Source: Candidatus Thorarchaeota archaeon
GTDB lineage: Archaea; Asgardarchaeota; Thorarchaeia; Thorarchaeales; Thorarchaeaceae
Direction: 5' to 3'
Assembly (NCBI GenBank): GCA_011364985.1
Contig: RDOC01000001.1
Location: forward strand, 32,001-96,000
Length of the DNA stretch: 64,000 bases
In this document: positions 41,464-51,618 of the stretch, piece after piece
Layout of the letters: each line of letters begins with the position of its first letter
Numbering within the stretch: the first letter of the stretch is position 1
Notes under the pieces: generated by a model
The model's input: the letters and a program-made list of their open reading frames with translations, nothing else
Databases searched by the model: none
Told to the model about the DNA's origin: nothing
Made by a program: the position numbers and the translations under genes

Positions 41464-42771
41464 ATGACTAGTTTAGAGGAACTTCGCAGAATCAACGCAA
41501 GATGTATTCACTGCCGTGCTTGTCAGTATGCATACTCAAACGAACCTGACAGAGAAGGTAAGGATGAAGAGTACACGGGGATGATGTTATCTTGTCCCGG
41601 AGGTAACCACTACGGTTGGGAGGGATACTTTAACAGCGGCAGGATGTGGATTGCCCGGGCTTTTCTAGAGGGAGAACTCGAACCCAGCCAGGAGATGCTT
41701 GAGGTGATTGAGGCATGTACAACCTGCGGTCTATGCGCTGAGCAATGTAAGAACTACATTGATACGGTAGATGTCATTGAAGAACTTAGAGCTGCAATCA
41801 TCGATTCTGGGGTGGAACCTCTCAAGAGACACAAGGTCATTGGTGACAGGGTCCTTGATGAGGAAATGAGAAATCCCTACCATGATCCAAGAAGCGAGAG
41901 AACTGCTTGGTACGATGGCGAGATTGACAACCAGAATGCAAAGATAGCATACTATGTAGGCTGCACAGGTGCATATCGGCAACAGGGCGTCGCAAAGCAC
42001 ACAGCTAGTATCCTCAAAAAGCTAGGTTACGACTTCACAGTCCTATCGGATGAGGTCTGTTGTGGTTCCCCCATTCTCAGGACAGGACAGAAAGATGTCT
42101 TCAAGACAGTAATGAATGAGAACCTTGACCTCTTCAAGGACTTCGATATGCTTGTGTTTTCTTGTGCTGGTTGCTATAGGACCTTCAGAGTTGACTATCC
42201 AAAGCAGAGCGGGAAGCCACTTCCATTCGAAGTCAAACACACATTGGACTTAGTTTGGGAACTCATTACTGAGGGCAAGATCAAGATTGAGAAACCTTAC
42301 AACAAGAAGGTCACTTGGCACGATCCTTGCCACACAATCAGACACATCGGACTCTCCATAGAGAAGGCTATACTTGATGAATCTGACAACTGGCTTCTTG
42401 ACAGCAGGAATGCTACAAAGGCAAAGGAGGCATGGTATGAGAGGCCCCGCGATGTCCTCCGTGCCATCACCGGCATCGACTTCCGTGAGATGTACCGAAT
42501 CAAGGGAGACAGCTTCTGCTGCGGAGCTGGAGGAGGAGTGAAGACTCAATTCTCGGAGATGGCATTGGAAACTGCCAAGGAGAGAGTCAAGGAGGCTGCT
42601 GCAACTGGGGCCGAAGTATTGATGACGTCGTGTCCCTTCTGTATCACTAATTTCTCCGATGCTGTCAAGGCATTGAAGGATGAAGAAAAGGAGACCGGCA
42701 AGGATCTCTCATCAGTAGGTTCAAAGCTCGAAATTGTGGAACTTCTTGAAGTTCTTGATGAGCTACTCTAG
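41464..42771 (+). CDS. HdrD/GlcF-like Fe-S oxidoreductase with two CCG domains
   Basis: CIHCRAC, CTTCGLCAEQC, YYVGC, CCG, SCAGC, HDPCH, CCGAGGG, SCPFC. Confidence 0.92.
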   Translation: MTSLEELRRINARCIHCRACQYAYSNEPDREGKDEEYTGMMLSCPGGNHYGWEGYFNSGRMWIARAFLEGELEPSQEMLEVIEACTTCGLCAEQCKNYIDTVDVIEELRAAIIDSGVEPLKRHKVIGDRVLDEEMRNPYHDPRSERTAWYDGEIDNQNAKIAYYVGCTGAYRQQGVAKHTASILKKLGYDFTVLSDEVCCGSPILRTGQKDVFKTVMNENLDLFKDFDMLVFSCAGCYRTFRVDYPKQSGKPLPFEVKHTLDLVWELITEGKIKIEKPYNKKVTWHDPCHTIRHIGLSIEKAILDESDNWLLDSRNATKAKEAWYERPRDVLRAITGIDFREMYRIKGDSFCCGAGGGVKTQFSEMALETAKERVKEAAATGAEVLMTSCPFCITNFSDAVKALKDEEKETGKDLSSVGSKLEIVELLEVLDELL

Positions 42772-42781
42772 TAGGTTATTT

Positions 42782-42819
42782 GCTGCGGAGGACAACCTCT
42801 GCAGCTATGTTCTGTTTTT
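42782..42819 (+). terminator. Hairpin + T-tract terminator
   Basis: GCTGCGGAGG-ACAA-CCTCTGCAGC followed by TGTTCTGTTTTT. Confidence 0.6.
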
Positions 42820-42936
42820 CCAACGATAATTTACAGCCCTCCTAGTCTTGTCGTCATGTCGAAGAAGGCGAGAAATGAATCTGCAGGTGTCTTGTGTGGC
42901 AGTAGTCTTATTTCTCTCCAATGTTTTGGTATTCCA

Positions 42937-43479
42937 ATGCATCAAACTGACGAGCCAGTCTTTGTTGAGGAGTACAATCCGAACTGGGTTTCATGGTTTC
43001 AAAGACTTTGTGTCTTTCTTGAGCCCATACTTGGGCAGAGCTTCATAAGAATCGAGCATATAGGAAGCACAGCAATACCCGACATGGTAGCGAAACCGAT
43101 AATCGACCTCGATATTGTCATTCGGGAGTATGACTTCGAATCAGTCAAGTTGAATCTGGAGGCAGCTGGCTACGAACATCAAGGGGATCTTGGAATTACT
43201 GGACGGGAAGCATTCGTTCTATTAGACCGAAACCTAGAGAAGCAGTTGTCACCCCATCATCTGTATGTCTGCGACCAGAACAGCGACGAGCTGCATCGAC
43301 ATCTGGCCTTTAGGAACTATCTTCGTGTGCATAAGACCGAGGCGAAAGCATATTCTGACATTAAGCTGAAGCTCGTAAAACAACATAACAGAAACCGAGA
43401 GCTGTACATGCGTGGAAAAGACCAACTTATTCAGGCAATATTGCAACGAGCTCTCACTTGGGCAAGTGAAAAGGAGTAA
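42937..43479 (+). CDS. GrpB-family nucleotidyltransferase-fold protein
   Basis: YNPNW, IEHIGSTAIP..AKPIIDLD, HHLYV, HLAFRNYLR, Y..GK. Confidence 0.92.
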   Translation: MHQTDEPVFVEEYNPNWVSWFQRLCVFLEPILGQSFIRIEHIGSTAIPDMVAKPIIDLDIVIREYDFESVKLNLEAAGYEHQGDLGITGREAFVLLDRNLEKQLSPHHLYVCDQNSDELHRHLAFRNYLRVHKTEAKAYSDIKLKLVKQHNRNRELYMRGKDQLIQAILQRALTWASEKE

Positions 43480-43519
43480 GATGGCAAGAAGGACAACAAC
43501 AACCTCAACAGCACAAGTC

Positions 43520-44517
43520 TGGGATTGACCAATCTTACTCGACCGAAGAACCACATTGGTCACAATAGTAATCACACCAATTCCACCTACTATCGCCACA
43601 ACATCCATGGGAAACGTGGGTCGAGAGGTAGATGTGATGATTGTGGTAGTCGTAGTAGTTGTAGTGGTGGTTGTCGTAGTCGAAGTAACAGGTTCAGCCG
43701 CTTCTATGAGTCAGATTGATGCCTTGAGAAGCAAATCTCATTCAGAATCAGGATCATTGAGTTCATCTTGGAAGGAAGTGCCATCTCTGTCATCGCCCGT
43801 CTCATATTTGGGATGGGGGCTTGAAAGAAACACTGTGGCCGACTAGTATCTACACGCAATCGTGGCTGGATGCCCGCTATCTGGATAGGTCATTATTGGA
43901 ATTGCCTCAGACATGCCATCCCCATAGAAATAGGCTGATCCCCAATGCATGGTGGAGTAGTTCTTCGGCTCTTCTGAAAGATCAGGTCCAGTTGAGATTC
44001 TGTTCACGGCGAGGATCATCAAATAGATGTCAGTATCCCATATAGGTTCACTGTATAATCCATCAAACAGACCAAGACCAGTAGTGTGAGTTCCAAGCAT
44101 CGACCCACCACAGATTCCGAAGTAGACGCCACTATCTGCTACGAACTCCGGGGCCTAGACCCGTCCATCAGCTTCCAACTGAAGGTTATTTTGATGCGTT
44201 GAGCCACCCGGAAATGCAATCATATCACAATTGTCTAGAACATCAGCTTTGACTGCCTCCACATCTATGTAGCTGGCTGTCGCATTCATCCACTCAAACA
44301 GATTCAGGAGCACGAAAGCACTAGAAGCAAGCCCACCCTCATCCAAGTAAACCGCAACATCAATTCCAGTCAAATCCGATCTGCGGGGTTCAAGTTGTTG
44401 GTGCAATATGACGGTTGCCGTATTCGATATGTGCAGATGAGGAATTAACAGGAAGATAACAGAGATTAGAAGCAAAGGTCTAAGCGCTACCGACAATTGC
44501 CCAGACATAGTAATCAT
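43520..44517 (-). pseudogene. Surface-anchored BPL_N (GATase-like) protein with four in-frame stops
   Basis: One reading frame: signal peptide, FPGG, stop 44155, FVADSGVYFGICGGS, stop 43843, VFLSSPHPKYE, DPDSE-stop 43738, stop 43711, Thr linker, TM. Confidence 0.8.
43643..43682 (-). repeat. Thr-codon (ACN) tract in the decayed surface protein
   Basis: Plus strand reads gtggtagtcgtagtagttgtagtggtggttgtcgtagt. Confidence 0.8.
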
Positions 44518-44668
44518 CCAAATTAAAACACTGAGTGTTTAGCTTGATTACAACGTGAATGTTCAACGCACCATATTTGAGCTATAGATTCACAAAGGAC
44601 TCGGACACATAGTTACTGCATATGCTCGAAAATTATTAATTCCCGTTTACAGGTCACAGCGATGCGGC

Positions 44669-46906
44669 TTGGAGGTAGTTGCATTGTTGTGCCAACTGCT
44701 CAATAAGAAAAACGTGTCATTGACTGTTGTCTTCTTACTGACAATCTCATTTCTTCCATATTCAATGCAGAACGGGGAAATGACAACAAATTCAATCGCA
44801 GCATATTCAGGTGACCGAAGTGATGCGTTTGGACATTCACAGCCCAATTTGGCTGCACTGACCCCGCATGATTCGATTCTCATCACCAATAATTCGCAGT
44901 TTGGCGACCAAGGGTGGCCTGGTCAAGGAGTGGAGGAGAATCCGTACCTGATAGAGAGCCTGTTAATCCATGTTACTCATTCGGATGTGGCAATCAACAT
45001 CTCAAAGACTGATGTATACTTCGAGGTTCGTCATTGCGTATTCACAAGCAATTCCACGGAAACCACCGACATTAAACTCCAGAATGTTTCTCACTGCAAA
45101 ATCTGGAATACAACATTTCTCGATAGTAGATATGGCATAAGAACAGAGAGCTGTGAACAGATTGTAGTCCATCAGAATCTGTTTCTAAATCAAAGTGGTG
45201 AGTCAATACGGTTTCAGAGAACAAATAGTTCGTTTATCTCTTCAAACAACTGCACCGAATGCAAGTATGGGATAGTAGCATCTTATTCAATATCAAACAC
45301 ATTTGAGAACAACTACTTTTCTCATCATCCAAGCGGCAAGAACAATGGCATTAGTATCCATTATTGTAATTCATCGATTGTCAGAGATAATGAACTCCAG
45401 GGTTTCTATAATCCGTTATACATTGCTCATTGTAATGACATCCAAATTGCTGGAAATAACTGCACTAGTTCAACACTTGGACTAGATGGTTATGATATTA
45501 GTAATTGTGATATCATAGAGAACACATTCAATGGAAATCGCACTTCTGCTGAAGGCATTCTTCTTGACTATGCGATTTCTAACACAATCAGTGGAAACAA
45601 TTGTACTCTCAACGAATTTGGCATTTATCTCTGTGAGGAGTGTAGTCATAATCTAATCTCATCGAATACCTGTAACAACAATACCTATGGGATTTACCTT
45701 GAGAAGGCATTTCGTAATGATAACAATGAGATATCCTTGAATACCTGCGAGTTCAATGAGATAGGAGTATACCTTGATCAGTCAGCACGCAATATAGTTC
45801 AAGATAATCTTCTGCGCTTCAACAATGATACTGGAATAAGTGCGTGGTATGTTAACGATACCGCCATCACCAGAAATCACATTGTTGGTGGCCTTATTGA
45901 TTCTCAAATTGGAATCTACACCATGGGCTTGAATAATGACCTGACCTTCAATACTATTAAAACATGCCATTTGGGGTTATTTCTAGATGATTCACTAGCA
46001 TCGTGCTCAATTCATGGGAATATAGTAAGGAACACGACTTATTGTGTCTTAGCGTTTATTGCAAGTGATACTCCGGTCACATGGAATATCTTCCAATACT
46101 ATGAGTTTGCTTTCATAGAGTCAGGTGGTTACACTGTGGAGTACAATTACTGGTCTGAGTATGACGGTGTGGATGCAAATACAGATGGCTATGGTGATAC
46201 ACCATATCCTGTTGGAAATATAGAGGATCCATATCCGCTTGTATATCTCCCTATTCTACCTGTATGGGATATAGAACCCAGCGACCAGAACGTTGAATTT
46301 GGTAATGACTTCGAATATACACTAAATGTGCTCTCTACCCCCGGAATTGCACCAATCACAAGCTGGGAGATAAACAACACTGGTCTTTTCAGTATCACAG
46401 CAGGAGTAATATCATCCACTACCGATTTGGCATTGGGTGACATCCCACTAGAGGTCAGAGCTATCAATATCTATGATCATTATCTGGTCGGAACATTCAC
46501 ATTGACGGTTCAAGACACAACTGACCCAATCCTTAGTACACCAGCTGATATTGCATATCAGGAAGGGGCGACGGGCAATTGGATTAACTGGTCGGCAACC
46601 GATCTGTTACCAAGCAGCTATCAAATCACGGTCAATGGAAGCCTCCTGCAGGCCGGCGTTTGGAATGAGTCCGATGAAGTCATCAGGGTCTCTGTGGATG
46701 GTTTAGCGACTGGAGAATATACATACGAATTGACTGTCTTTGATGGAGGAGGAAATTCAGCCAGCGATATCGTAGTAGTCACTGTAGAAGCACTTCCACC
46801 TTCGGATGACGGAACTCTGTTGATTGCTTTGGCAGTGGCAGGCGTTGGGGTTGTTGTGCTAGTAATAGTGGTCTACTTGGGCAAGAAAAGTCCAAAAGAG
46901 CCATAG
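44669..46906 (+). CDS. Surface protein with NosD/CASH parallel beta-helix, Ig-like domains and C-terminal TM
   Basis: WPGQG...NPYLIE, repeated N.I..N....N..GI.L, NYWSEYDG.D...DGYGDTPY, DPYPL; TM followed by KK. Confidence 0.88.
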   Translation: MEVVALLCQLLNKKNVSLTVVFLLTISFLPYSMQNGEMTTNSIAAYSGDRSDAFGHSQPNLAALTPHDSILITNNSQFGDQGWPGQGVEENPYLIESLLIHVTHSDVAINISKTDVYFEVRHCVFTSNSTETTDIKLQNVSHCKIWNTTFLDSRYGIRTESCEQIVVHQNLFLNQSGESIRFQRTNSSFISSNNCTECKYGIVASYSISNTFENNYFSHHPSGKNNGISIHYCNSSIVRDNELQGFYNPLYIAHCNDIQIAGNNCTSSTLGLDGYDISNCDIIENTFNGNRTSAEGILLDYAISNTISGNNCTLNEFGIYLCEECSHNLISSNTCNNNTYGIYLEKAFRNDNNEISLNTCEFNEIGVYLDQSARNIVQDNLLRFNNDTGISAWYVNDTAITRNHIVGGLIDSQIGIYTMGLNNDLTFNTIKTCHLGLFLDDSLASCSIHGNIVRNTTYCVLAFIASDTPVTWNIFQYYEFAFIESGGYTVEYNYWSEYDGVDANTDGYGDTPYPVGNIEDPYPLVYLPILPVWDIEPSDQNVEFGNDFEYTLNVLSTPGIAPITSWEINNTGLFSITAGVISSTTDLALGDIPLEVRAINIYDHYLVGTFTLTVQDTTDPILSTPADIAYQEGATGNWINWSATDLLPSSYQITVNGSLLQAGVWNESDEVIRVSVDGLATGEYTYELTVFDGGGNSASDIVVVTVEALPPSDDGTLLIALAVAGVGVVVLVIVVYLGKKSPKEP

Positions 46907-47004
46907 GTTGATTTGCGATGCTCGGCCGAGAAACCTAGTGTGTCTACAGCTGAGCATTTCCCTTTGTTTTGATCTTTATTCTCAGACTGCCTCCCAGATA
47001 GTGC

Positions 47005-47427
47005 CTACTTTGCAATGTGACGAGCAACCACTGTTAGGATGAGCGCGAATGCCCAAGCGGTGTGCATAATCAGCCAAGTCAGAACAAGGAGACCGACCAA
47101 GCCAGCAGTCCATAACACCCAGAATATCACCAATGCCAGACTGATAATGCCAAATCCTGCTGCAATTGCAATAATCCACTTCCCTAGTCGAACATGACGA
47201 ATTGTTAGAAGAACCCCGCCAAGGATTATGGCAACTCCACCAAGCCAAGCGATGACCCAGAGAATGAATAGGATGACTGCGATAACTGGGAATATAGGAT
47301 CAAGTGCAGGTATTGCATTGAGGAAATTGTAGATCAGTACAATTGTTTCAGTTCCCTCATTATATCCGACAGCAATTAGAATAAGCCCTGCAATAAGACA
47401 GAGTAGGAAGGGATCGCGATTCCTCAT
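47005..47427 (-). CDS. Small multi-pass membrane protein
   Basis: Four or more hydrophobic helices. Confidence 0.7.
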   Translation of the reverse strand: MRNRDPFLLCLIAGLILIAVGYNEGTETIVLIYNFLNAIPALDPIFPVIAVILFILWVIAWLGGVAIILGGVLLTIRHVRLGKWIIAIAAGFGIISLALVIFWVLWTAGLVGLLVLTWLIMHTAWAFALILTVVARHIAK

Positions 47428-47668
47428 TTTCTATCTTGGAATGGAAATGCAAAGGTCCTTTTCTACAAATTGTTGATGTGGTCAATCAGGTTCAGATGCG
47501 ACCTATTCTCTTGTTCTCCTACACTCCTACTATCATTTTCAGGCGGTGAGCGAAACCTCTGCAAGAGAAAGAATTCCAAGAATCACTCGAAAGATGGTTT
47601 TCGAGGAATCCCGACCATCTCTTGTCCGACATCTGTTCAGGAGAAGGGATTCCCTCTCTTGTTCAAAG

Positions 47669-48319
47669 TCACTCCACACTTGGAAAGAGAACGTCAAGAG
47701 ATCCCTCTGCTTCAAGCCAGAGAAGAGCCCACACCCAGAGAATGGCAGTTAGCGCCGTCAAAATCTCAGGAATTGCCATTCCCATCCAAGGTACAGATCC
47801 ATTGAAGGTTCCCCGCCAAATATAAACGGAGAAGAAAGGAAGCAGTAGCGAAACAACACTAAACCATCTTAGCCCCGGGAATCTAAGCCAAGACAATCCC
47901 ACGAACCACATCGCAAAAGGAAAGCTTGCAAAAAACCCAACTGAAACATAGAAATGAATTGCACCAAAGTTCTCAGAGAATATGCCAATTGCAGCAACAA
48001 ATGCTGATGCCAACGCAAACGGAAGGAAGGCAATCTGCGTTAGCAGGTCATTGAGTCGCTTGATGAGAATCAGTATCACTATAAAGAGAAGAATACCTGC
48101 TATGATTAATCCAGAGTTGAATATGACAGCTCGAAGCAGTGGATTTGGCCCAATATCAGTGCGAGTATAGTGACCAAGATCGCTGAGGGCATTTGTGACC
48201 CAATCGAAATTAGGAGACAATCCGATTGCAGCAAGAATGCAGCCTATTGCGATTATTGGGGCGACGAATCCCATCAAGATTGCTCTTGGAAAACCTCTGA
48301 GATTCTTTAGAAATGACAT
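47669..48319 (-). CDS. DUF998-family membrane protein
   Basis: FDWVTNALSDLG, FNSGL, GIFSE...IH, AIPE. Confidence 0.85.
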   Translation of the reverse strand: MSFLKNLRGFPRAILMGFVAPIIAIGCILAAIGLSPNFDWVTNALSDLGHYTRTDIGPNPLLRAVIFNSGLIIAGILLFIVILILIKRLNDLLTQIAFLPFALASAFVAAIGIFSENFGAIHFYVSVGFFASFPFAMWFVGLSWLRFPGLRWFSVVSLLLPFFSVYIWRGTFNGSVPWMGMAIPEILTALTAILWVWALLWLEAEGSLDVLFPSVE

Positions 48320-48462
48320 AGACAAATACACGCACGCTCGATGTTTAGATACATATGTTGAATGTTCTAGGGCAGCAAAAACAATGAATGGTTTAAAATG
48401 CATTGATACAGATTTCATTCATAACGGTATATGTGCCACAAAGAACTGGAGAGTGCACTTCT

Positions 48463-50784
48463 GTGAAAATCACGAGGAGAATGACAATATTCTGTATGAT
48501 TACAATCTCGCTGCTCGCAATGGTCACATTTGTTACGCCAGCAGCAGCGGTATATGTGAGCGTTGTTGAGGACGAGTTCGTTTATGGGCTCATTCCCGAT
48601 AGCAATAATCACAGCTATGTGTATTTGGAATATGATCCTTTGAACTATGTGTCTCGATACCAGATAACAAGTGCAGAGGATCTTGGAGCAATGAATTACA
48701 TCTATACGTACGGTGGCTGGCAGGACCTTCCTCTTGCTGCCCCAGGAGAGGTAGAAACGATTTGGGGATGGAACGGGCATGGCAACACTGGTCAAGGCAC
48801 ATATGGGGAGAGAGTCTACTTCCCTCAATTCTGTGATTTCGCATCCTCAAGCGGAGATCCAGTTAATGCCAATATCACTGCCCGCCAAAGAAGTATAGGG
48901 CTACCAGTTGGACAAGAAACCTCTGTTGTAGTAGAAGAGGGTTGGACGTATTACGGTGCAATAGGCATTGGAAATGAGGAGTTCATCCATCTTCAAATTG
49001 GATGTCGCTCAGAACTAGTAACATGGAGCGCATCACTCTATGACCCCGATGGGTTCTATGTTGGAGAGATTAGTGCAGCAGAAGGCGAAGTCCGCCTTCT
49101 TCCCTTCAAACCTGCCAAGTCAGGAACCTATGTTGTAGTATTCTATGTAGACGCAACTGATACTGGGCTTATAGTAATGGATTTCCTTCCTCAACCAATT
49201 GCTCCTGTTGAAATTCCACTGAACGGACTTGTTGATGGCAATTTGGAGGGAAGCGAGTGGGTAATCAAGGATGGAAACATTGTTTATGAGGAAAAAGTGC
49301 CAACGGCACATACCTATCGTATCCGCTCTGCCGAAGATGGACCGGCGAAGCTACTGTACTCCATGAACGTTCCCAGCTGGTTTCTGCCACCCTTTGAACC
49401 AGTTCAGCCATCAGTATCAATCACTGGTGACGCGTTCAATATGGACAGCAAAAGTCAATATCGTTCGACCTACACCAGCGGAGCAGATTCTTGGGGGTAT
49501 CAGTCATTCGGAGGAATGAGCTTCTACGTCACCATCATGGGTGGCGAGAACTACGAGTACACGTTGTATAACCAAGATCTCCAATCATCCATGCTTCCGA
49601 CCAACGAATCCTTCTATGTAGAGAATCTGATGGTGTCCGACTACGAGCATAGAGTCTATGGCCTACATCTGGAAGAGGATTCCTTGATGAAACTGAACTC
49701 CTCAAACCATCCAATTGACGTTAGTTGGAGCTATTGGACAGTAGATGAGGATATGGCACTTCGCAGTTCCTCGATTTCCTACATGGACGATTTCGAATCA
49801 ACCACAACATACTATCTACCTGCCGGAGATTACGTCTTTCAGGCCTATGTAGGTGTGAGCGTTGCAGAGCATTTTGAGTTCACCACCGGTACCATTGGGC
49901 AGAGCCCGAATGTCGAGGTCAAGGCCGGAGGCATTGCTGGATTCAGAACTAGTAGCAGCTGTTTTGACTACTACAACTTGACCTATGCCTTCATGACCCA
50001 AGACAATGTCACAGCCCGGGGAATCATTGGAGTAATGGATGCCTTTGGTACACATAAGTACTCCACAGTTATTCAACTAGGAAACATCCAAGATGGAAGT
50101 TCATGGATTGCCTACGGAGCAAATGAATCAGATGTTCTCCTGACCTCGCGGACCGAGGCGGATGTAATTGTCTATTTCAGTCCAACCTGGGTTCGAAACA
50201 ATACTGCAGGCTTGGAGAACTACTACCCAGACTATGTCGTGACATACCGAGCAGTATGGGACGAAGTGTCAGACGAGGTGTTCGACGAAACAAAGACCCT
50301 CACAATAAGCGGTGTCTCAGGTTCTGTGAATTTCACTTTGCCAGATGTAGGGGAGAACAACGAATACTACCGGCTGAATCTTGTTGCACCAGTGGGAATC
50401 TGGTGGAACGTGACTGTGACTGTGGGAGAAGTGGATGACTGGAGTGTCACGATATATCAAGAATATGACTACTTATGCCAAAGACTCCAGAACTCAGATA
50501 TTCTTGATACTGCGAGCGGCTCAGTACTTGATGTATTGACATTCCAGTTTGGAACAATCAGTAACGAAACCACCTTCTCGTTTGAGGTCGATAGAGCTGG
50601 CAATCCTCTTGGATTCTTCCATGTCCAAATCGCGTCTCTCAATACCACAACTTACCAAGGCGCCGAAGCACTGACAGGTCCCGCAGCGTCCATTGGCCCG
50701 ACTCTTGTCTATATTGGTGTTGGGGCTGGAGCAGTGGTCATTGTTGTGGTCTTGGCTGTGCTCTACAAGCGAAGAACAGGTTAG
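48463..50784 (+). CDS. Surface protein with repeated beta-sandwich (PPC-like) domains and C-terminal TM
   Basis: Signal peptide, LYDPDG...GTYVV, LPAGDYV; TM followed by KRR. Confidence 0.75.
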   Translation: MKITRRMTIFCMITISLLAMVTFVTPAAAVYVSVVEDEFVYGLIPDSNNHSYVYLEYDPLNYVSRYQITSAEDLGAMNYIYTYGGWQDLPLAAPGEVETIWGWNGHGNTGQGTYGERVYFPQFCDFASSSGDPVNANITARQRSIGLPVGQETSVVVEEGWTYYGAIGIGNEEFIHLQIGCRSELVTWSASLYDPDGFYVGEISAAEGEVRLLPFKPAKSGTYVVVFYVDATDTGLIVMDFLPQPIAPVEIPLNGLVDGNLEGSEWVIKDGNIVYEEKVPTAHTYRIRSAEDGPAKLLYSMNVPSWFLPPFEPVQPSVSITGDAFNMDSKSQYRSTYTSGADSWGYQSFGGMSFYVTIMGGENYEYTLYNQDLQSSMLPTNESFYVENLMVSDYEHRVYGLHLEEDSLMKLNSSNHPIDVSWSYWTVDEDMALRSSSISYMDDFESTTTYYLPAGDYVFQAYVGVSVAEHFEFTTGTIGQSPNVEVKAGGIAGFRTSSSCFDYYNLTYAFMTQDNVTARGIIGVMDAFGTHKYSTVIQLGNIQDGSSWIAYGANESDVLLTSRTEADVIVYFSPTWVRNNTAGLENYYPDYVVTYRAVWDEVSDEVFDETKTLTISGVSGSVNFTLPDVGENNEYYRLNLVAPVGIWWNVTVTVGEVDDWSVTIYQEYDYLCQRLQNSDILDTASGSVLDVLTFQFGTISNETTFSFEVDRAGNPLGFFHVQIASLNTTTYQGAEALTGPAASIGPTLVYIGVGAGAVVIVVVLAVLYKRRTG

Positions 50785-50797
50785 TATAATCTCTTAG

Positions 50798-50840
50798 AGA
50801 AGGTGCACATTGTCTGTGTGCCTTCTTTCCTTTCCTTTTT
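50798..50840 (+). terminator. Hairpin + pyrimidine-tract terminator
   Basis: AGAAGGTGCACA / TGTGTGCCTTCT followed by TTTCCTTTCCTTTTT. Confidence 0.6.
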
Positions 50841-50875
50841 CTCTTTCAGAATGTATCTAGGAGGTTCTCAGTAGC

Positions 50876-51544
50876 CTACTGAAGATTGTAAGTTTCGCCC
50901 TCCTTCAGGCTATGAAACTCGACGCCATCTTGGGATTCAACGCCCTTCCGGAATTCATCTGTGCTTTTGTCCCATGTATGCATAGGGATTACCACCTTGG
51001 GCCTGACTATCTTGGTTGCCTCAACGGCATCTGCATTATCCATTGTGTAGGTATCACCGCAAGGGAGCAAAGCCACATCCACAGGGCCAAGGTCGGACAT
51101 CTCTGGAATCACATCAGTATCTCCTGCAAAATAGATTGTCTTCCCTTTGACCTTAATCAAGTAGCCAACACCAAATCCCTTTGGATGAAATGGAGTACCA
51201 GGGGTCCGGAAACGCTTCACGTTGTACGCATGCACTGCTTTTATTCTGATGCCTTGAACCTCAGTTTCCTCTCCAGGTTCAAGGGATATGATGTTGCCTC
51301 CAAGCTTCTGACCACAGTCAGCAGGTGCTATAACGGTGGTATCTAAAACACGAACCTCGTTTATTGCTTCGGGGAAACAATGGTCATTATGAGAGTGACT
51401 ACAGAGCATCAAGAAAGCAGTAGGCAGTTTATCTGGAACACGCTCACGAAGCTCCTTTGACCTGTAGAGGTCAACATAGATTACTCTTTCATCCACATTG
51501 ATTTGAAAGCTGGCATGACCAAGCCATCGAATTGAAGTTGTCAT
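50876..51544 (-). CDS. MBL-fold metallo-hydrolase
   Basis: WLGHASF, SHSHNDH, YFAGDT, IPMH. Confidence 0.92.
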   Translation of the reverse strand: MTTSIRWLGHASFQINVDERVIYVDLYRSKELRERVPDKLPTAFLMLCSHSHNDHCFPEAINEVRVLDTTVIAPADCGQKLGGNIISLEPGEETEVQGIRIKAVHAYNVKRFRTPGTPFHPKGFGVGYLIKVKGKTIYFAGDTDVIPEMSDLGPVDVALLPCGDTYTMDNADAVEATKIVRPKVVIPMHTWDKSTDEFRKGVESQDGVEFHSLKEGETYNLQ

Positions 51545-51618
51545 TGAAATCACATAGTATAGGAAGCCGGTTCATATATCTGATTTTCCCCAGAAGGATA
51601 GTTACAGAAGTGAATACT

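Noticed and set aside
43711-44157. Selenocysteine/pyrrolysine or genetic-code reassignment explaining the in-frame TGA/TAG codons
   Set aside because: Many intact genes in the window end at TGA or TAG; the stops are not at Cys-type catalytic positions and come with other damaging changes (HPE to HPK; a frameshift in the 10908 gene)
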